A stretch of DNA of 64,000 nucleotides, taken from a virus. This document shows positions 11,834 through 21,585 of this stretch, piece after piece; position 1 is the stretch's first letter, and each line of letters begins with the position of its first letter. The translations under genes and the position numbers were made by a program. The DNA lies in IMG/VR virus record IMGVR_UViG_3300046167_000884, positions 32,001-96,000 of that record; one strand, given 5' to 3'. The notes under the pieces were generated by a model. It saw nothing but the letters and a program-made list of their open reading frames with translations, was not told the origin of the DNA and searched no databases.

Positions 11834-12648
11834 TGGAAAAAATATTCTTTCAATCATCACTACCTAGAGCAGGTAGTACTTTGCTTCAAAACATATTAGG
11901 ACAAAATCCTGATTTTTATGTTACACCAACTTCTGGTGTGTTAGAACTACTATATTCAGCTCGTCAAAATTATACTTCTGATAATGCTTTTAAAGCACAG
12001 GATCCTGAATTAATGAAAAAAGGATGGCTTAATTTTTGTCGACAAGGTATAGAAGGATTCTTCAATGGTATTACAGACAAGAAATATGTAGTTGATAAAT
12101 CTAGAGGATGGGGTATACATTATAACTTTTTAAATTCATTCCACCCAGATCCAAAGATAGTTTGTATGGTTAGAGATTTAAGATCTATCTATGCTTCTAT
12201 GGAAAAAAACTTTAGAAAAAATCAAGATAAAGATAGTGGTGTAGTCAATTGGGCTGAAATGAAAGGTACTACAACTGCTAAAAGAGTAGACTTATGGGCA
12301 CAATCACCTCCAATAGGTATTGCAGTTGAAAGATTAAAACAAATGATAGATGAGGGTATAGATAAAAATATTTTATTCATCAGATTTGAAGATCTAACCT
12401 TTAATCCTCAAACAGAATTAGATAAAGTATATGATTTTTTTAGTGTAGACAGATACCAACACGATTTCCAAAATGTAGAACAAATAACACAAGAAGATGA
12501 TACAGTTCATGGTATTTTTGGAGACCATACAATACGTAAGGAGGTAAAACCTATACCTGAACAGTATAATGAGTACTTAGGTCAGGAACTATCACAAAAT
12601 ATAGTTAATACTTATCCTTGGTTTTACGAATATTTTCAATATTTATAA
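11833..12648 (+). CDS. Sulfotransferase (Sulfotransfer_3-like)
   Basis: SSLPRAGSTLLQNIL PAPS-binding loop, VDKSRGW, MVRDLRSIYAS, IRFEDL. Confidence 0.85.
   Translation: MEKIFFQSSLPRAGSTLLQNILGQNPDFYVTPTSGVLELLYSARQNYTSDNAFKAQDPELMKKGWLNFCRQGIEGFFNGITDKKYVVDKSRGWGIHYNFLNSFHPDPKIVCMVRDLRSIYASMEKNFRKNQDKDSGVVNWAEMKGTTTAKRVDLWAQSPPIGIAVERLKQMIDEGIDKNILFIRFEDLTFNPQTELDKVYDFFSVDRYQHDFQNVEQITQEDDTVHGIFGDHTIRKEVKPIPEQYNEYLGQELSQNIVNTYPWFYEYFQYL
12639..12648 (+). promoter_or_regulatory. Putative late promoter ATATTTATAA
   Basis: Recurrent motif, 19 nt before the nuclease start. Confidence 0.55.
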
Positions 12649-12667
12649 TTAACTTTAAAACACACAT

Positions 12668-13150
12668 ATGAGTTGGACCTATAAAACACATGAAATAGGA
12701 GACATTACTCAATTCCCAGAAAATACATTTGGCTTTGTTTATATGACAACACACAAACCTACGGGTAAGTCATATATTGGGAAAAAAGTACTATTTCATA
12801 ATCAAAAGAAAAAATTAGGTAAAAAAGAACTAGCGGCCATAACAGGAGTTGTTGGTAGACGACCTTCATATAAATTAATAATTAAAGAATCAGATTGGAT
12901 GAACTATTATGGTTCCCAAAAAGATATCAAACAACTATTATTAGAAGGTAAAAAAGATGAATTCGAACGTACCATCTTAAAAATGTGTCCCGATAAAAAA
13001 TCAATGACATATTTTGAAGTTAAATACCAAATGCTTTATCAAGTACTAGAAAAACCAGATGAGTTTTTTAATGACAATATTTTAGGTAAATTTTTTACTA
13101 AAGATTTAAAAGATATTGAATTCGAAGATCTCGTGAAAGAGCGAAAATAG
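12668..13150 (+). CDS. GIY-YIG family endonuclease (Seg/endonuclease II-like)
   Basis: GFVYMTTHKPTGKSYIGKK, YYGS, F.R.IL, FFNDNI. Confidence 0.8.
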   Translation: MSWTYKTHEIGDITQFPENTFGFVYMTTHKPTGKSYIGKKVLFHNQKKKLGKKELAAITGVVGRRPSYKLIIKESDWMNYYGSQKDIKQLLLEGKKDEFERTILKMCPDKKSMTYFEVKYQMLYQVLEKPDEFFNDNILGKFFTKDLKDIEFEDLVKERK

Positions 13151-13168
13151 TTTCATATATTACCATTC

Positions 13169-14098
13169 ATGGTAAATCAGTTATTAGTTACATTAGTAAA
13201 TTCAGTATTGGGTTCGGGCAAAGCCACGGCTCGAAACAATTATGCTTACCACTGTCCTTTCTGTCACCACCATAAACCAAAAATGGAGGTTAATTTAACA
13301 GAAAATCGTGAAGGTAAAAATCCTTGGCATTGTTGGGCTTGTGATGTAAGAGGTACTACTATATATTCTTTATTTAAACAGTTAAAAACAGATGTAAGTA
13401 AATTTACTGAACTTAAATCACTTGTTAAAACATCTAAATCAATTAAAGAGACACAAGTTGTGTCTAGCGTATCGCTTCCAAATGAATATATTAGCCTAAA
13501 TAACGTTGATACTAGCGATATTATGGCTAGACACGCGCTCGCGTACCTAAAAAATAGGCATGTGAGTAAATACGATATTATCAAATATAATATAGGTTAT
13601 TGTAAAGAAGGTTTATATAAAAATATGATTATTATACCAACATATGATGCAGATGGTAGGTTAAATTACTTTACCGCCCGTTCATTTGAAAAAGAACCAT
13701 ATGTTAAATACCGTAACCCCTCAGCATCAAGAGACATAGTACCAAATGAACATTTAATAAATTGGAATGTACCAGTTATTTTATGTGAGGGATTATTTGA
13801 CGCTATGGCTATAAAAAGAAACGCAATTCCCCTATTAGGGAAAAACATACAGAGTAGCTTAATGAAAAAAATAGTTACATCTGTAGTAGATAAAATTTAT
13901 ATTGCATTAGATAGGGATGCAATTAAACAAGCTTTAAAATTCTGCGAGCGATTAATGGCAGAAGGCAAAGAAGTCTATCTTGTAGATTTACAAGATAAGG
14001 ATCCGAGTGAAATGGGTTTCGAAAATTTCACTAAACTTATTCAAAAAACAGTTCCATTAACCTACTATGATTTAATGGAACAAAAACTAGCTTTATGA
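13169..14098 (+). CDS. DNA primase (Zn finger + TOPRIM), T4 gp61-like
   Basis: CPFC..HCWAC zinc finger; LCEGLFDAM and IALDRDA TOPRIM motifs; KDPSE. Confidence 0.9.
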   Translation: MVNQLLVTLVNSVLGSGKATARNNYAYHCPFCHHHKPKMEVNLTENREGKNPWHCWACDVRGTTIYSLFKQLKTDVSKFTELKSLVKTSKSIKETQVVSSVSLPNEYISLNNVDTSDIMARHALAYLKNRHVSKYDIIKYNIGYCKEGLYKNMIIIPTYDADGRLNYFTARSFEKEPYVKYRNPSASRDIVPNEHLINWNVPVILCEGLFDAMAIKRNAIPLLGKNIQSSLMKKIVTSVVDKIYIALDRDAIKQALKFCERLMAEGKEVYLVDLQDKDPSEMGFENFTKLIQKTVPLTYYDLMEQKLAL

Positions 14099-14874
14099 TC
14101 AAAAAATCATACAAAAGATTATTAGAAATTTCAGATGATTACCAACAAGTTACAATGCCTGATTCAAGATATTATAGACGCAATGGTAAATATTATCCAT
14201 CAGTAACCCATGTTTTGAGTTCCTATCCAAAAGGCAAATACTTCGAAGACTGGCTTAAAAAAGTAGGTTATAGTGCTGAATGGGTTGTCAAGAAAGCAGC
14301 AGAAGAGGGGACACTAGTCCATGAAATGATTGAAGATTGGTTAAATGGTAAAGAAATCAAATTTTTATATGATGATGGAAACCCTAGAATGCCTACTCAT
14401 GTGTGGCAAATGTTCCTTAGATTCGTAGATTTTTGGGAAACTTATAACCCAACATTAATTGAAGCCGAAGTACATTTATTTTCAGATAAAATTGAGGTAG
14501 CAGGTACTTGTGATTTAGTATGTGAAATTGAAATAGATGGAAAAATGGAACGCTGGATTATAGATTTTAAAACATCTAATCATTTACAAACAACTTATGA
14601 TTTACAAAGTGCGGTATATGCTCAATGTTATGAGGAATGTTATGGTAAAAAAATAGACCGTATTGGAGTTTTATGGTTAAAATCTAAATCTAGAGGTGAA
14701 GATAAATCTGGCAAACGTTTAAAAGGTAAAAATTGGGAAGTATACGAATCACCCCGTACTCAGGAAGAAAATATAGAAATATTTACTCATGTTAAAGCAT
14801 TGTTTGATATTGAGAATCCTAAACCAAAACCTTACACTAATACATTCCAAACTACTTCAAAGAGAACCGTGTAA
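14095..14874 (+). CDS. PD-(D/E)XK exonuclease
   Basis: YPSVTHVLS, GTLVH, AGTCDL, IIDFKTS, LQSAVYA. Confidence 0.85.
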   Translation: MIKKSYKRLLEISDDYQQVTMPDSRYYRRNGKYYPSVTHVLSSYPKGKYFEDWLKKVGYSAEWVVKKAAEEGTLVHEMIEDWLNGKEIKFLYDDGNPRMPTHVWQMFLRFVDFWETYNPTLIEAEVHLFSDKIEVAGTCDLVCEIEIDGKMERWIIDFKTSNHLQTTYDLQSAVYAQCYEECYGKKIDRIGVLWLKSKSRGEDKSGKRLKGKNWEVYESPRTQEENIEIFTHVKALFDIENPKPKPYTNTFQTTSKRTV

Positions 14875-14877
14875 AAA

Positions 14878-14909
14878 TTTGGCTACCCGGGCTATCCTTC
14901 GTATATTTA
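14878..14909 (+). promoter_or_regulatory. Bacteroidota-type sigma70 promoter (-33 TTTG, -7 TAnnTTT)
   Basis: TTTGG-N19-TATATTTA; 20 nt between TTTG and TA. Confidence 0.65.
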
Positions 14910-14952
14910 CCCTGTATTGATAATTAAGTCAATGCATTAAATAATTAAGGTT

Positions 14953-15303
14953 ATGTCAAGTATTAAAGAAATTATTGGAAAAGGAGATGTTAAATTTACT
15001 GTAAAAGGAATTACTGAGTACCGAAGAGGTGGTGATGATAATGAGTATGGTGATTTCCCAAAAATATTTAGAATTAATGAAGAGGGTGATGCTATTTTTG
15101 AAGATTCACGTTTATTTAGTAGAGGAATGAATGTTACCAAATTAGGCCCTACTTGTATTACATTGTATGATTACAATATGTTAGGTAAAAAAACAGTAGG
15201 TAAAATTAGTTATAAAGATATTACAATCTTGAACGAGGTTAAAGACATTCCAGGTTTCGAAGGAACATTAGAAGCATTAAACGAACTTACAATTTTAAAA
15301 TAA
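14953..15303 (+). CDS. Hypothetical protein
   Basis: 116 aa ORF downstream of a host-type promoter. Confidence 0.6.
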   Translation: MSSIKEIIGKGDVKFTVKGITEYRRGGDDNEYGDFPKIFRINEEGDAIFEDSRLFSRGMNVTKLGPTCITLYDYNMLGKKTVGKISYKDITILNEVKDIPGFEGTLEALNELTILK

Positions 15304-15308
15304 GAGTT

Positions 15309-15422
15309 ATGAGCAATTTAGAAAAATTATTATTATTACAAAAAAAGGTATGTGCAATAACAGAACCTGAATTAGCAGAGTATGTGAGTGTGTTAATCAA
15401 AACAGAATATGAATATCAATAA
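15309..15422 (+). CDS. Small hypothetical protein (37 aa)
   Basis: MSNLEKLLLLQKKVCAITEPELAEYVSVLIKTEYEYQ fills the gap between genes; below the ORF-track cutoff. Confidence 0.4.
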   Translation: MSNLEKLLLLQKKVCAITEPELAEYVSVLIKTEYEYQ

Positions 15423-15432
15423 AATAAAGGTT

Positions 15433-15888
15433 ATGAAAAAAATAGTATATTTACACGGCTTAGAAAGTGAAGCAGGAGGTCCAAAAGTATCTTTCCTTGC
15501 TGAAAAAGGTATGGTTTATGCTCCTGCTATGAATTATGAAAGCTTAAACTTACATGAATTTATCCTTACTTTAGGTATGCCCGATTTAATTATTGGATCT
15601 AGTATGGGTGGTTATGTTGCCGATGTTATAGGTTCAAGATTAGGAGTAGATGTTTTATTATTTAATCCTGCTTTACATAACAGATCAATCCCAGTAAATC
15701 ATGAATATTATGGTGAAACTTATAAACGTACAATTGTTTTAGGTACTGAAGATAATGTTATCAATCCTGAAATAACTAAAAATTTATGGTCTGTTCATGG
15801 TAATGTAGCAATACATGATGAGATAGAGGGTATGGGTCATAGAACGCCACTTGATGTTTTTATTAATATGTATAATAAACATGCTTAA
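15433..15888 (+). CDS. Alpha/beta hydrolase (YqiA/UPF0227-like esterase)
   Basis: YLHGLES, GSSMGG nucleophile elbow, LFNPAL, MGH; likely start MKKIVY at 15433. Confidence 0.85.
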   Translation: MKKIVYLHGLESEAGGPKVSFLAEKGMVYAPAMNYESLNLHEFILTLGMPDLIIGSSMGGYVADVIGSRLGVDVLLFNPALHNRSIPVNHEYYGETYKRTIVLGTEDNVINPEITKNLWSVHGNVAIHDEIEGMGHRTPLDVFINMYNKHA

Positions 15889-15890
15889 TT

Positions 15891-16436
15891 ATGATTAAAT
15901 TAATAGATCTATTAAATGAGATAGATATCCCTAAGAACAAATGGGTTACTATTCCTGCCTCAGAACTAAAAGACTATAGTGAAGAAATTTATAAGTTAAT
16001 TGATAATGCTTATGCACCAATTGGCGGTCATCCTAACTATAAATCCGCGGGTAATGTATCAGGTAGTGAATCTGATGCAGAATATGAAATAATTGATTTA
16101 GACGATGACCCTGAAATTGATGCAGTATCCGCTTCTAAACTTAAAGCCGCAGGTAAAAAATTTACAGCAACAGGACATGATGGGTCTAAACCAGCTAAAT
16201 CCAGTGTTGTAAATCATAAGGCAAATCAATTAAAATCTGGAGGATATTATGTTGAAGTATCAGGTGTAATAAAAGATATTTTTAAAGCTAAAGGTGTAGA
16301 AGCTATTAACGATGAAGAACTAGTACGTAAAGTACTTAAAGGAAAAGAAATTGAGTGGCTAGGTAATGGCGAATATAAAAGAACAATTGGTGGTAAATTA
16401 TTTACCAAAGCATTAATGGGAAAACCAACAGTATGA
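15891..16436 (+). CDS. Hypothetical, probable head-packaged protein
   Basis: N-terminus MIKLIDLLNE ends in an [IL]xE site. Confidence 0.55.
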   Translation: MIKLIDLLNEIDIPKNKWVTIPASELKDYSEEIYKLIDNAYAPIGGHPNYKSAGNVSGSESDAEYEIIDLDDDPEIDAVSASKLKAAGKKFTATGHDGSKPAKSSVVNHKANQLKSGGYYVEVSGVIKDIFKAKGVEAINDEELVRKVLKGKEIEWLGNGEYKRTIGGKLFTKALMGKPTV

Positions 16437-17230
16437 TAAGTTTAGTACAATTATTAAGAGAAGCACAAGGTAACCCAAAAGCGGTTATCTTAGCAGGAGC
16501 ACCTGGAGCAGGTAAAGGATATATTTTACGTGGTTTAGACTTAGGAGGTCTAAAAACAATGAATGTAGATGATATCTATGTTCCTTTACTAAAAAAAGCT
16601 AACGTTAGTTTAGATTTAAAAAACGCTACACCTGAAGAAAGAAGTGAGCAAGCCAAACAAATGGCCGCAGCTAATAAACAATTTAAAGGTGAATTAGAAC
16701 AAGTAATAGCAGGTAAAGAATCATTTATATTAGATGGTACAGCAGCTTCATTTAAAAAAACAGCAGAATTAAAATCAGAACTAGAAGAAGCAGGATATGA
16801 TACATTTATGCTTTATGTCTATACAGATTTAGAACGTTCGTTAAGTCAAAACCAAGATAGATACGTAAAATCAGGAGGTGAAGATAGAAGTTTAGCACCT
16901 GCAATTGTAATGCGTACTTGGAAAAGTGTAACAGATAATTTACCTAAATATGAAGAATTATTTGGTAATAATTTTGTAGCAGTAGCTAATACATTAGATG
17001 ATAGAATGCAAGATATAGATAAAATTATACAAAAATATCTTAAACCATTTACACCTCAAGGTACTAAACCTAAAACCCCAGCTCAGCAAAAGAAATCTGA
17101 TGAACGAAAGGCTAAGGACAAAGAAGAAATTCAAGCTATGTTAGATGATGATTTTATATATGATGTAATTGAATATACTATGTCTAAGGAAGAGGCACAA
17201 ATGAGATTAAAACAATTCTTATCTAAATGA
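16433..17230 (+). CDS. P-loop kinase, zeta-toxin/AAA_33-like
   Basis: AVILAGAPGAGKG Walker A, MNVDD, FILDGTA; leader MISLVQLLRE. Confidence 0.8.
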   Translation: MISLVQLLREAQGNPKAVILAGAPGAGKGYILRGLDLGGLKTMNVDDIYVPLLKKANVSLDLKNATPEERSEQAKQMAAANKQFKGELEQVIAGKESFILDGTAASFKKTAELKSELEEAGYDTFMLYVYTDLERSLSQNQDRYVKSGGEDRSLAPAIVMRTWKSVTDNLPKYEELFGNNFVAVANTLDDRMQDIDKIIQKYLKPFTPQGTKPKTPAQQKKSDERKAKDKEEIQAMLDDDFIYDVIEYTMSKEEAQMRLKQFLSK

Positions 17231-18909
17231 GTTTAGTAAACGAATTAATTAAAGGGTTATTACCTGAAGAAGAAAAAAAGAAGGTAGTGGCAGTATATGG
17301 TGGTGGTTTTAAACCACCCACATCTGGTCACTTTGAAGTTGTAAAACAAGCACTTAAAGAAAACCCCGAAATAGATGAATTTATTATCTTAATAGGTGGT
17401 AAACCAAGAAATGGTATTACACCTGATGAATCTATTTTAATTTGGGATATCTATAAAACATACTTACCATTTAAAGTTGAAGTAAAATACACATCAGTAC
17501 CTCCTATAAAAGGTATTTATAATTATGCCAAAGAACACCCAGATGAAGAAGTATTATTCATTATAGGTGCTAGAGAAGGTAATGAAGAAGATTTTAAAGA
17601 TATAGCATCTAGAACAACAACATTGGATAAATATCCAAATTTAAATTTACGTACCATTGTAACACAAGGTGGTGTTTCAGGTACAGCTGCTAGAAATGCT
17701 TCTAAAATATCATTAGATAAATTTAAACCCTTTGTTCCATCTGAATTATCAGATGAAGAAATAGAGCAAGTATATAATATAGTAGCAGATAAAATACAAG
17801 AAAATAACCCAGAGGATGGCAAGGCTGCTCCTTATGGTTCCGGATATAAAAAACTAAAAGAAAACGCATCATATTCTCAAAATATAGATGTAATGGAAAA
17901 AATAGCTCAATTAACCAATCATATGATTGATAAGGGTATGAATATTGAACCATTACCTACTATGGAATTTATAGACGGTGATTCAGAAAATGCTAAAGAC
18001 TTTTTTGGTAAAACAGCATATTACGATCCAAACAGAAAACATATAGTATTATACACTGAAGGTAGACACCCTAAAGATATAGTACGTTCGTATGCACATG
18101 AAATGATCCACCATATCCAAAATCTAGAGGGTAGATTAGGTGATATTTCAACTACAAATACACAAGAAGACGATAAACTAAATGATATTGAAGCGGAAGC
18201 TAACCTAAAAGGCACAATGACATTTAGAAATTGGACGGATAGTTTAAATGAAGCAATCGTAGGTGAAAAAATCGAATGTGATAATTGTGGTTGGAGCTGG
18301 AATATAGTAGACGGTGGAGATGATTTATTTATATGTCACAAATGTGGGCACGATAATACACCAATAAATGAAAAGAAAACTAAAGACCCGTTTGGTATAA
18401 ATGCATATGCAATGGAATTAGGAAGGTTACGTGAAGAAGAAACAGAATATAAAATATACTGCGATATGGATGGCGTAATAGCAGATTTTGAACGTGGTTA
18501 TGAAGAATTAACAGGTATAGATTTACAAGGTGAATTTAAACCTGAAGGAAAAGAGTTTTGGGATCCTATCTCTAAAGCAGGAGTTGGATTTTGGGCTGGT
18601 TTAAAATGGATGCCTGATGGGCAACAATTATGGGATTATATTAAACCCCATAAACCAAAATTATTATCTGCACCTTCACGTGAACAAACTTCTAGAATAG
18701 GAAAACACGTTTGGGTTAAACATAAAATACCTGGTACAAAATTAATATTAAGGTATGCTGATAAAAAGAAAGAATTAGCTTCACCAACATCAATATTAAT
18801 AGATGATAGAATGGTAAATATAAAAGACTGGGAATCCGCAGGAGGGATTGGTATATTACATACTAGTGCTGCTAATACTATTAGCCAATTAGAAAAATTA
18901 GGTTTATGA
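17227..18909 (+). CDS. Multidomain protein: HIGH nucleotidyltransferase + HExxH metallopeptidase-like + Zn ribbon + HAD 5'(3')-nucleotidase
   Basis: GGGFKPPTSGHF; AHEMIHHIQ; CDNC..CHKC; IYCDMDGVIADF..LIDDR..W..AGGIGILH. Confidence 0.8.
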   Translation: MSLVNELIKGLLPEEEKKKVVAVYGGGFKPPTSGHFEVVKQALKENPEIDEFIILIGGKPRNGITPDESILIWDIYKTYLPFKVEVKYTSVPPIKGIYNYAKEHPDEEVLFIIGAREGNEEDFKDIASRTTTLDKYPNLNLRTIVTQGGVSGTAARNASKISLDKFKPFVPSELSDEEIEQVYNIVADKIQENNPEDGKAAPYGSGYKKLKENASYSQNIDVMEKIAQLTNHMIDKGMNIEPLPTMEFIDGDSENAKDFFGKTAYYDPNRKHIVLYTEGRHPKDIVRSYAHEMIHHIQNLEGRLGDISTTNTQEDDKLNDIEAEANLKGTMTFRNWTDSLNEAIVGEKIECDNCGWSWNIVDGGDDLFICHKCGHDNTPINEKKTKDPFGINAYAMELGRLREEETEYKIYCDMDGVIADFERGYEELTGIDLQGEFKPEGKEFWDPISKAGVGFWAGLKWMPDGQQLWDYIKPHKPKLLSAPSREQTSRIGKHVWVKHKIPGTKLILRYADKKKELASPTSILIDDRMVNIKDWESAGGIGILHTSAANTISQLEKLGL

Positions 18910-19484
18910 AACAAAAAGTAACAGGGTTAAAAAAAGAATTTCAAGAAAAAGATGTTGAACGTTTAAGGAATTTAATAACGGGAAAACATGGTAATAAAAC
19001 ACGTTCGAGTGTTGGTTTTTCTAAAGCTGATGAGTTTTATGCCGAGGGTGATATTTGGGAAGCAGATGGTCGTACTTGGACAATCAAAGAAGGGATTAAA
19101 CAAAACATTACAAAACTAGATAAAGCTAAAAAGGCACACGTTATGCCTTTACTTTGTCCCTGTTGTAAAAAAGTAATGAAAAAGCGCAATGATAAACCTA
19201 CTTATAATTTACATAAAAAATGTTTTGACTGTGTTGCTCTGATGGAACATGAAATCAAAATCTCAGGTAAATGGGAAGAGTATACTCACAATTTACATAA
19301 CCAACAGATTGACCATACTTTAGAAGAATTTAAAGTTTTTGTAAAAGAAAAACTTGAAGAATCAAATGATTCTTTTGTATCTGAAGATGGAGATGTTGAA
19401 AAATGGGTTGGTAAACTGGATAAAGAAAAAGTAGATGAATATATGAATTCTGTAATAAAATATGCTAGGGCACTTAAAAAGTAG
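18906..19484 (+). CDS. Hypothetical protein with Cys4 Zn-finger-like motif
   Basis: CPCC..KCFDC. Confidence 0.65.
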   Translation: MKQKVTGLKKEFQEKDVERLRNLITGKHGNKTRSSVGFSKADEFYAEGDIWEADGRTWTIKEGIKQNITKLDKAKKAHVMPLLCPCCKKVMKKRNDKPTYNLHKKCFDCVALMEHEIKISGKWEEYTHNLHNQQIDHTLEEFKVFVKEKLEESNDSFVSEDGDVEKWVGKLDKEKVDEYMNSVIKYARALKK

Positions 19485-19490
19485 TTTTGC

Positions 19491-19500
19491 ATATTTATAA
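19491..19500 (+). promoter_or_regulatory. Putative late promoter ATATTTATAA
   Basis: Recurrent intergenic motif. Confidence 0.7.
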
Positions 19501-19514
19501 TAAAATACCTAACC

Positions 19515-20615
19515 ATGAAAGATAATTTTGACCTTTATTCTTGGAATAAAAATCGTTATTTAGAAAAAGAACATAAATCTAAGGATACTAAAGAAAAAGA
19601 TTTTGATTTACGTGAATGGAATAAGAAAAGATATTTAGGTGAACTAGATATTAATACTGCAGGAGGTGAAACTAATGTAGATAATATAGATGTAACCCAT
19701 GGTGGAGATGATCCTAAAATTGGTGCAGAATTAGAATCAGATGCCAATGTAGTAGGAGAAAATAAAGATTATTTAGAAAGCCTTGCCTTAAACCTCACAC
19801 AAGCACACCCAGATTTAGAATTTGAAGTTAGTAACTTTGATGATGTAAGAGTTTATGGTTCTCAAAGTGATTTAATGAAGTTTGGAAATAAAATGCATGG
19901 TAAAAAATTTGGAGAATATGAAGTATTTCATGTAGAAGATGATGATAGAGGAGAAATTGTTCGAATAGTTAAATCAGATAGCATTTTAAGAAATTTTGAA
20001 AATTTAAATGAAGCAAGTTATATGTACAAAGGATATAAAGATAAACACTTTGATATTTGCCCAGGAGCTGAAGCATTAAGAGATAGATTATTAGCTGGTG
20101 AATTTAAAGATAATAATTGGGCTACAGGAACTAATTTTGAAAAAGAAGTAGGTGAATGGCTTTACCAACATGACGTAATATTTGGTATTGAAAAAAATAT
20201 TATAAAAGATAAAGAAGGTGATGAAAATGATATAGCTAAAGCTAAAGAAGCTGAAGGTAGAGTTGTTAACTTATCTCGTGATTTAGGTATTCCGGCTTCT
20301 GAAATAAATGCTTATCTTCCTGCTCATATTAAAACCATTAAAGATATGGTTGAGTATAGTTCATTAACTGAAAGCATTAAAGAAACACTTCGTTTTATTA
20401 AAGAACACAATCCAGATTTTACTAACGAAGAAATTAAATCTGAATTAAAAGAACTTAAAGAATTAGGCAAGCAATTAAACGAAAAACTTTGTAAAAAAGG
20501 CGAAGCATATCGTAAACGTAGAATGGCTGCAGGTGAAAAATCATCAGCTTATTTATCTGGTCGTGCTGTTAAAGTATGTAAAGGTCAAATGAGTGGTAAA
20601 AAAAAGAAAAAATAA
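19515..20615 (+). CDS. Probable internal head protein with duplicated FDL leader and basic C-terminal module
   Basis: DNFDLYSWNKNRYLE / DFDLREWNKKRYLGE; several LxE sites; LCKKGEAYRKRR..VKVCKG tail. Confidence 0.6.
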   Translation: MKDNFDLYSWNKNRYLEKEHKSKDTKEKDFDLREWNKKRYLGELDINTAGGETNVDNIDVTHGGDDPKIGAELESDANVVGENKDYLESLALNLTQAHPDLEFEVSNFDDVRVYGSQSDLMKFGNKMHGKKFGEYEVFHVEDDDRGEIVRIVKSDSILRNFENLNEASYMYKGYKDKHFDICPGAEALRDRLLAGEFKDNNWATGTNFEKEVGEWLYQHDVIFGIEKNIIKDKEGDENDIAKAKEAEGRVVNLSRDLGIPASEINAYLPAHIKTIKDMVEYSSLTESIKETLRFIKEHNPDFTNEEIKSELKELKELGKQLNEKLCKKGEAYRKRRMAAGEKSSAYLSGRAVKVCKGQMSGKKKKK

Positions 20616-21310
20616 TGGGTACATTTGATTTAAAAAAATATATTTCTGATAATCCTTTGCTAAAGGAAGAAATTTTAACTGAAGTAAGTGATGCTGATAT
20701 TGTTAAAGCTTTAGCTAAAGTAGTAGACATGGAACCTAAAGATGTTGTAGCTAAAATAAAGGCAGATAAAGAGGAAGTAAATGAAATAGCAATTACAACC
20801 GCTATCACTATTGCAGGTCTTCTTCCAGCGGTTATGGAATTAGTAGGTGGTGCTTTTAATAAAGCTAAAAATTCTTTTAAATTAAATGATAAAGAAAAAA
20901 CAGAATATTTAGCATTACAACAATTCTACAAGGAAGCAAAAGATAAAGATGAAAAGAAAAGACTTAAAAAAGAAATGGAACCCTATGAATCTAAAATAGG
21001 AAACTGGTTTAAAGATGCAGGGCATTCTTTACACAAAGCTTATACTTGGCCTATTAGAAAAATGTTAAACTTGGCTGGAACCTTTTCTTCTAAAGATTCT
21101 CCTTTAAAGGATAAAGAAAAAGTAGAAAAAATAGCTAATGTTATTTATGCTACGGCAATGATAGGGATAGCAGGGTATGGAGTTGCTTCTCACCTAGGAC
21201 ATTTAAAAGGCGTATCAGATGTAGCTATTACTATTGCAGATTCTATTAAAGGAGGTAAAAGTATAAAAGATGCTGCCTTAGGTGGTTTAGAATTACTTGG
21301 TTTATTATAA
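20615..21310 (+). CDS. Probable internal head protein with hydrophobic segments
   Basis: Leader MGTFDLKKYISDNPLLKEEILTE; two hydrophobic Gly/Ala-rich stretches. Confidence 0.55.
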   Translation: MGTFDLKKYISDNPLLKEEILTEVSDADIVKALAKVVDMEPKDVVAKIKADKEEVNEIAITTAITIAGLLPAVMELVGGAFNKAKNSFKLNDKEKTEYLALQQFYKEAKDKDEKKRLKKEMEPYESKIGNWFKDAGHSLHKAYTWPIRKMLNLAGTFSSKDSPLKDKEKVEKIANVIYATAMIGIAGYGVASHLGHLKGVSDVAITIADSIKGGKSIKDAALGGLELLGLL

Positions 21311-21585
21311 TGACACAAGACAAACTAACAGAAAGAATACAAGAATCACTACGTGATTGGTTTAAAAAAGAAGATTGGGTTAGAATCAATACTTCAGGTA
21401 ATATTTCTGGTAAATGTGGCACAATGAAAAAAGGTAAAGCTACAACAAGATGCTTGCCTAGAAAGAAAGCACAATCACTTACTAAAGCAGAGCGTAAAGC
21501 AACTGTAGCCAAAAAAGTACGTGGTAGTAAAAAGGGTAAACAGTTTGTGAAAAACACAGACAAAGCTGAATTTAAAAAGAAATAA
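21310..21585 (+). CDS. Small basic protein (DUF5872-like)
   Basis: SLRDWFKKEDWVRI..GKCG..RCLPRKKA..ERKATVAKK. Confidence 0.6.
   Translation: MTQDKLTERIQESLRDWFKKEDWVRINTSGNISGKCGTMKKGKATTRCLPRKKAQSLTKAERKATVAKKVRGSKKGKQFVKNTDKAEFKKK

Noticed and set aside
12668-13150. GIY-YIG gene as an intron-encoded homing endonuclease
   Set aside because: It is free-standing, the flanking genes are intact, and no intron-like sequence is evident.
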